Positions 60,899 through 64,000 of a stretch of DNA of 64,000 nt are shown in pieces. Within the stretch, counting starts at the first letter, position 1; every line of letters starts with the position of its first letter. The stretch covers positions 1 through 64,000 of the forward strand of contig JBLWGC010000140.1 of assembly GCA_048772705.1 (NCBI GenBank), written 5' to 3'. The DNA comes from Leidyana gryllorum EB-2025a. Taxonomy: Eukaryota; Protista; Apicomplexa. The translations under genes were made by a program, and so were the position numbers. The notes below the pieces were generated by a model that was given only the letters and a program-made list of their open reading frames with translations, ran no database searches and was not told the DNA's origin.

Positions 60899-61028
60899 GG
60901 GGCAGGCAGGCAGGCAGGCAGTACTTCTCCTCAAGTATTGTCACGTAGTTACTTAGTTCGTTGGTTACTTAGTGACTTTGTGTAGTTAGTGAGTCACTCA
61001 AGTCGTCTTCAGTCAGCAGGCGTCGTCG

Positions 61029-62359
61029 TCAGGGTTTGACACTTTTCCTTTTGGGTCCATTGGTTGTCTTCTTGGAGGTCTGTCATGGAGATATATTATT
61101 GGATCTCTGTGTCTGTGCGTATGTCGGGTGGTACTTACTTTAGAGTTTGAACTGATCTTACTCTCAGTCTTGAGTTTCACTTCTCCGACGGTCGGCATCG
61201 GGGTCGGTTTGGGTCGAAAGAAGGACTCGAGACGGGTTTGAGCCCCTTTGGTTTTGGCCTTCTTGAGTCGGTTGATCGCGTTCTCGACTCGGGGCCGAGC
61301 AAAGTTTTGCTCGTCGACCAAAAACTTGATCAGCCCCTCCTCGTCGGGGTCGTTCCATTCGAACGGGGCGACGTCCTCGACTTGACGGACCTCTGGACAG
61401 AAGAAGAAACTACGGGCCTCTTCGTACGGAAAGTTCTCAGGGATCGGGTACTTGGCGGGATCCAGGCTCTCGAGCGCGGCTTTGATATTCTTGTGCTTCT
61501 CCAAAAGCTTATAGGCGCTGCCCGGGCCGATGCCTTTGATTGTATCGCAGTAATCACACCCACACAGGATGCAAAAGTCCACAAACTGCTCCATCGTGAA
61601 GTCCAGAGCCGTCAACAACTTGTTCAGATTCACTATCATCAACTTGTTGGCCTTATTCTTCGGGTCACTGAACGTCAGATGACGCATCAAAAGCGGCGTT
61701 CCGAAACAAAGGGCGTCTGCGTCTTCTGTGACCGTCGCGTAGACGCGATCTAAGCGAGACAGAGAGAGTTCGAACTGCCGAGCTTGAGTTTGATTCACTA
61801 ACCTGCTTTGCAGAGTGTAGCACACTGGGCCTCGGCTTCGCCCGGGGCCTCAACTATTGGAATGCCCATCAAACTCAAAAGCTTTTTCACATCTTCATTA
61901 TGCTGACGAGTGACTTTGACCGTCCGTCCAGCAAACTTTCGGACTTTCTCTATATCGCCCCTTTCTTTGGCGTCCTCCAGATTGGTCTCAGCCAATGCCT
62001 TGCGGTCTTTGCGCTTTGCCAATTCGCCCGATTTGAGCGTCGGCGCTTTGCCGTCAAACACGTACACCGGTTTCATCCCCAGCTCCATGATCCGAATGGC
62101 TCGACTCAACATACCCGCCAGGTGACTGGTCGTTTCACCAGCAGCGTTGGTCAAGTTGCCGTAGGACTCACCATCGCGAATCGCCACCATAAACTGATAC
62201 AATGACAACGAGGCATCAATGGCAACTACACGGCCAATAAATGACTCTGGCGCCTACATAAATTCAGATAATCACATGCCACAGATACACACGTACATGA
62301 TAACTGACAGCACCTGGTGCTTTGTCACATACGAATTTGGTAAGTCCATCTATTCCCAT
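61029..62359 (-). CDS. FEN1: Flap endonuclease 1
   Basis: [55 protein letters not shown] and PIP box QTRLESFF. Confidence 0.96.
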
Positions 62360-62402
62360 TTCGTCGGTCGAAAGTCAGTTCAAAAAAAAGTGAGAACTTC
62401 AA

Positions 62403-62644
62403 ATGTATCTGAGATACTATATCGGCGAAGACGGCAAAAGGGTCTATACCCTCTCGGTAAGTGCTCAAAAAGACGCCCAGATACCCCATTCAACCTACAG
62501 GCAAAAAGCCCGCTCAATGGTGAACCCACCAAGACTGCTCACCCAGCAAGATTCTCACCAGATGACAAGTATAGTGCCCAGAGAGTTATGCTCAAAAGCA
62601 GGTTCGGGGTCCTCCCGACTATGCAACCTCCCCTTGTGCTCTAA
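62403..62644 (+). CDS. NOP10: H/ACA RNP subunit Nop10 (2 exons)
   Basis: MYLRYY...KRVYTL| ...[29 protein letters not shown]. Confidence 0.95.
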
Positions 62645-62655
62645 ACTTTTCTTTT

Positions 62656-64000
62656 ATGAGTGCACCAACCTTTAGACTCTGTGTGGCACACTGCAAATGG
62701 CCCTGTGAGGATGTTGTTTTGCCACTCCGTAGTGCTAAGGTAGCAGAGGATGGACGTAAATTCGGCTTCGAACTGTGCGATTCCGGGGATGTATACAACG
62801 GATACACCTGGGAGACTAAACGCGATGGCCTGGGAGTATGCCTTTATGCCAGTGGCGATGGATACGCCGGTGAATGGTGCGAAAACAACAGACATGGCTG
62901 GGGCTTCTACATCAAAGCTTTCGGGTCGAAATATGAAGGCTCCTGGTCTAATGACACACAAACTGGCTTTGGCCTTCAGTCTCAAACGAATGATCTGAGA
63001 TACTTCGGTCAATTCACTTCCAATAAGAAGTAGGCACTACATAAATCCCATCCACAAGCCGTGTCTCCGTGTAGCACACGCGTGTGTGGTGTGCTTCCGT
63101 ATAATTATCGATCTGTCTGCCTGCCTGTTCTGCGAAATCTTTCACCCAAACGTTGATCAACAGGCACGGAAAGGGGGTGCTTTTGCAGTCCAACGGTCTT
63201 CTGTACGCTGGCGAGTGGGATAATGGCGAGCCGATCTCCCGCGAGCTACTATTCCAGGGATATAGCCCTACGGATGACAGACAACTATCACCGGCGGCGT
63301 CTTCGTCAGCTAACAAATTGAGTCGGACAGCGGGGAGCTGGGAGAAGCCTCCTTCCGGTCTGCTCGCGGCCCTGGATGGGACCGAGAGTAGTGATGCCCT
63401 GCCCTCCAGCTCATCTAGCTCTTCCACTCCGGGAGCCGCGAGCACGGCATCGCGGAATAGTCACTCCAGTCCCCCCATTAACGGTCGAGGCCCCGAAGAC
63501 CCGAAGGAAACCCGCGATTCTCTCTTTGCGCGGCGATTCCGAAAAGTTCAAAAGCTATCCAATGTCAGTTCAATAGATCAATGGGCCCCAGCAGAAGTAA
63601 CTCATTTCCTAGGCGCTTGTGGTAAGGTGGTGAGTGGTTGGCAACGTGATACGAACGATTGCAGGAATCAAAGAAGACACGACTGATCTGTTTCTACGGC
63701 ACAAAGTCTCGGGCAGCTGTCTTTTTGACATCTTGATGAACGCCCACGAATGTTTGGGTAAGTTCTTATGGGCGATCCACGTACACGGACGCCTCCTACT
63801 TTGTGAACAGTGGATATCGGGATTGACAATCCCTATGTGCGGCGGTTTATCTGGCTGACCTTCAGCACGATTTACAAGATTAAGCACCGTGTTGAAATGG
63901 ATCGGGTGCTTACGCACCCCTTCAATGAACCAATGAAAGATTATGGTATATCAACCAAGTGAGTACTTTGGTCGCTACCGCCCCACTCACTGTGTGGCAG
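62656..64000 (+). CDS. MORN-repeat plus SAM-domain protein, probably a TKL kinase (truncated by window end)
   Basis: Repeated YxGxWxxxxRHGxG MORN units, then SAM-like IDQWAPAEVTHFLGACG|IKED...FLRHKVSG. The kinase domain is not visible. Confidence 0.75.

Noticed and set aside
4252-64000. Alternative genetic code or non-canonical introns as the cause of fragmented ORFs
   Set aside because: Every break examined in conserved genes is resolved by ordinary GT-AG introns under the standard code.

Overview
Gene-dense eukaryotic nuclear DNA from an apicomplexan, most likely a gregarine (inferred from an ApiAP2 factor, a MORN+SAM TKL-type gene, a membrane-anchored PDE, and many short GT-AG introns of about 30-60 nt). 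About 27 protein-coding genes were reconstructed by hand. Recognisable genes: RPS11, a CCCH zinc-finger protein, PP2C, MCM6, a PDE, a syntaxin, ApiAP2, two tandem PIG-S-like genes, condensin II CAP-H2, NOSIP, VPS51, DNA polymerase theta, an ArfGAP2/3-like gene, V-ATPase subunit F, FEN1, NOP10 and a truncated MORN/SAM gene. Several large proteins have no recognisable family. No rRNA, tRNA, CRISPR array or intact transposon was recognised. The most unusual signals are: (i) dispersed non-coding TGCA-rich islands with about 7-bp periodicity and 22/43-bp higher-order repeats; (ii) extreme compaction, with divergent ATGs 16 bp apart, 11-17 bp tandem gaps and overlapping convergent CDSs; (iii) an old tandem duplication of PIG-S carrying a codon-conserved relic of the neighbouring CAP-H2 last exon; (iv) recurrent CACACGTGTG-type palindromes and sense-strand UG tracts in introns. 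Gene boundaries are manual splice predictions and family calls rest on recalled motifs, not database searches.
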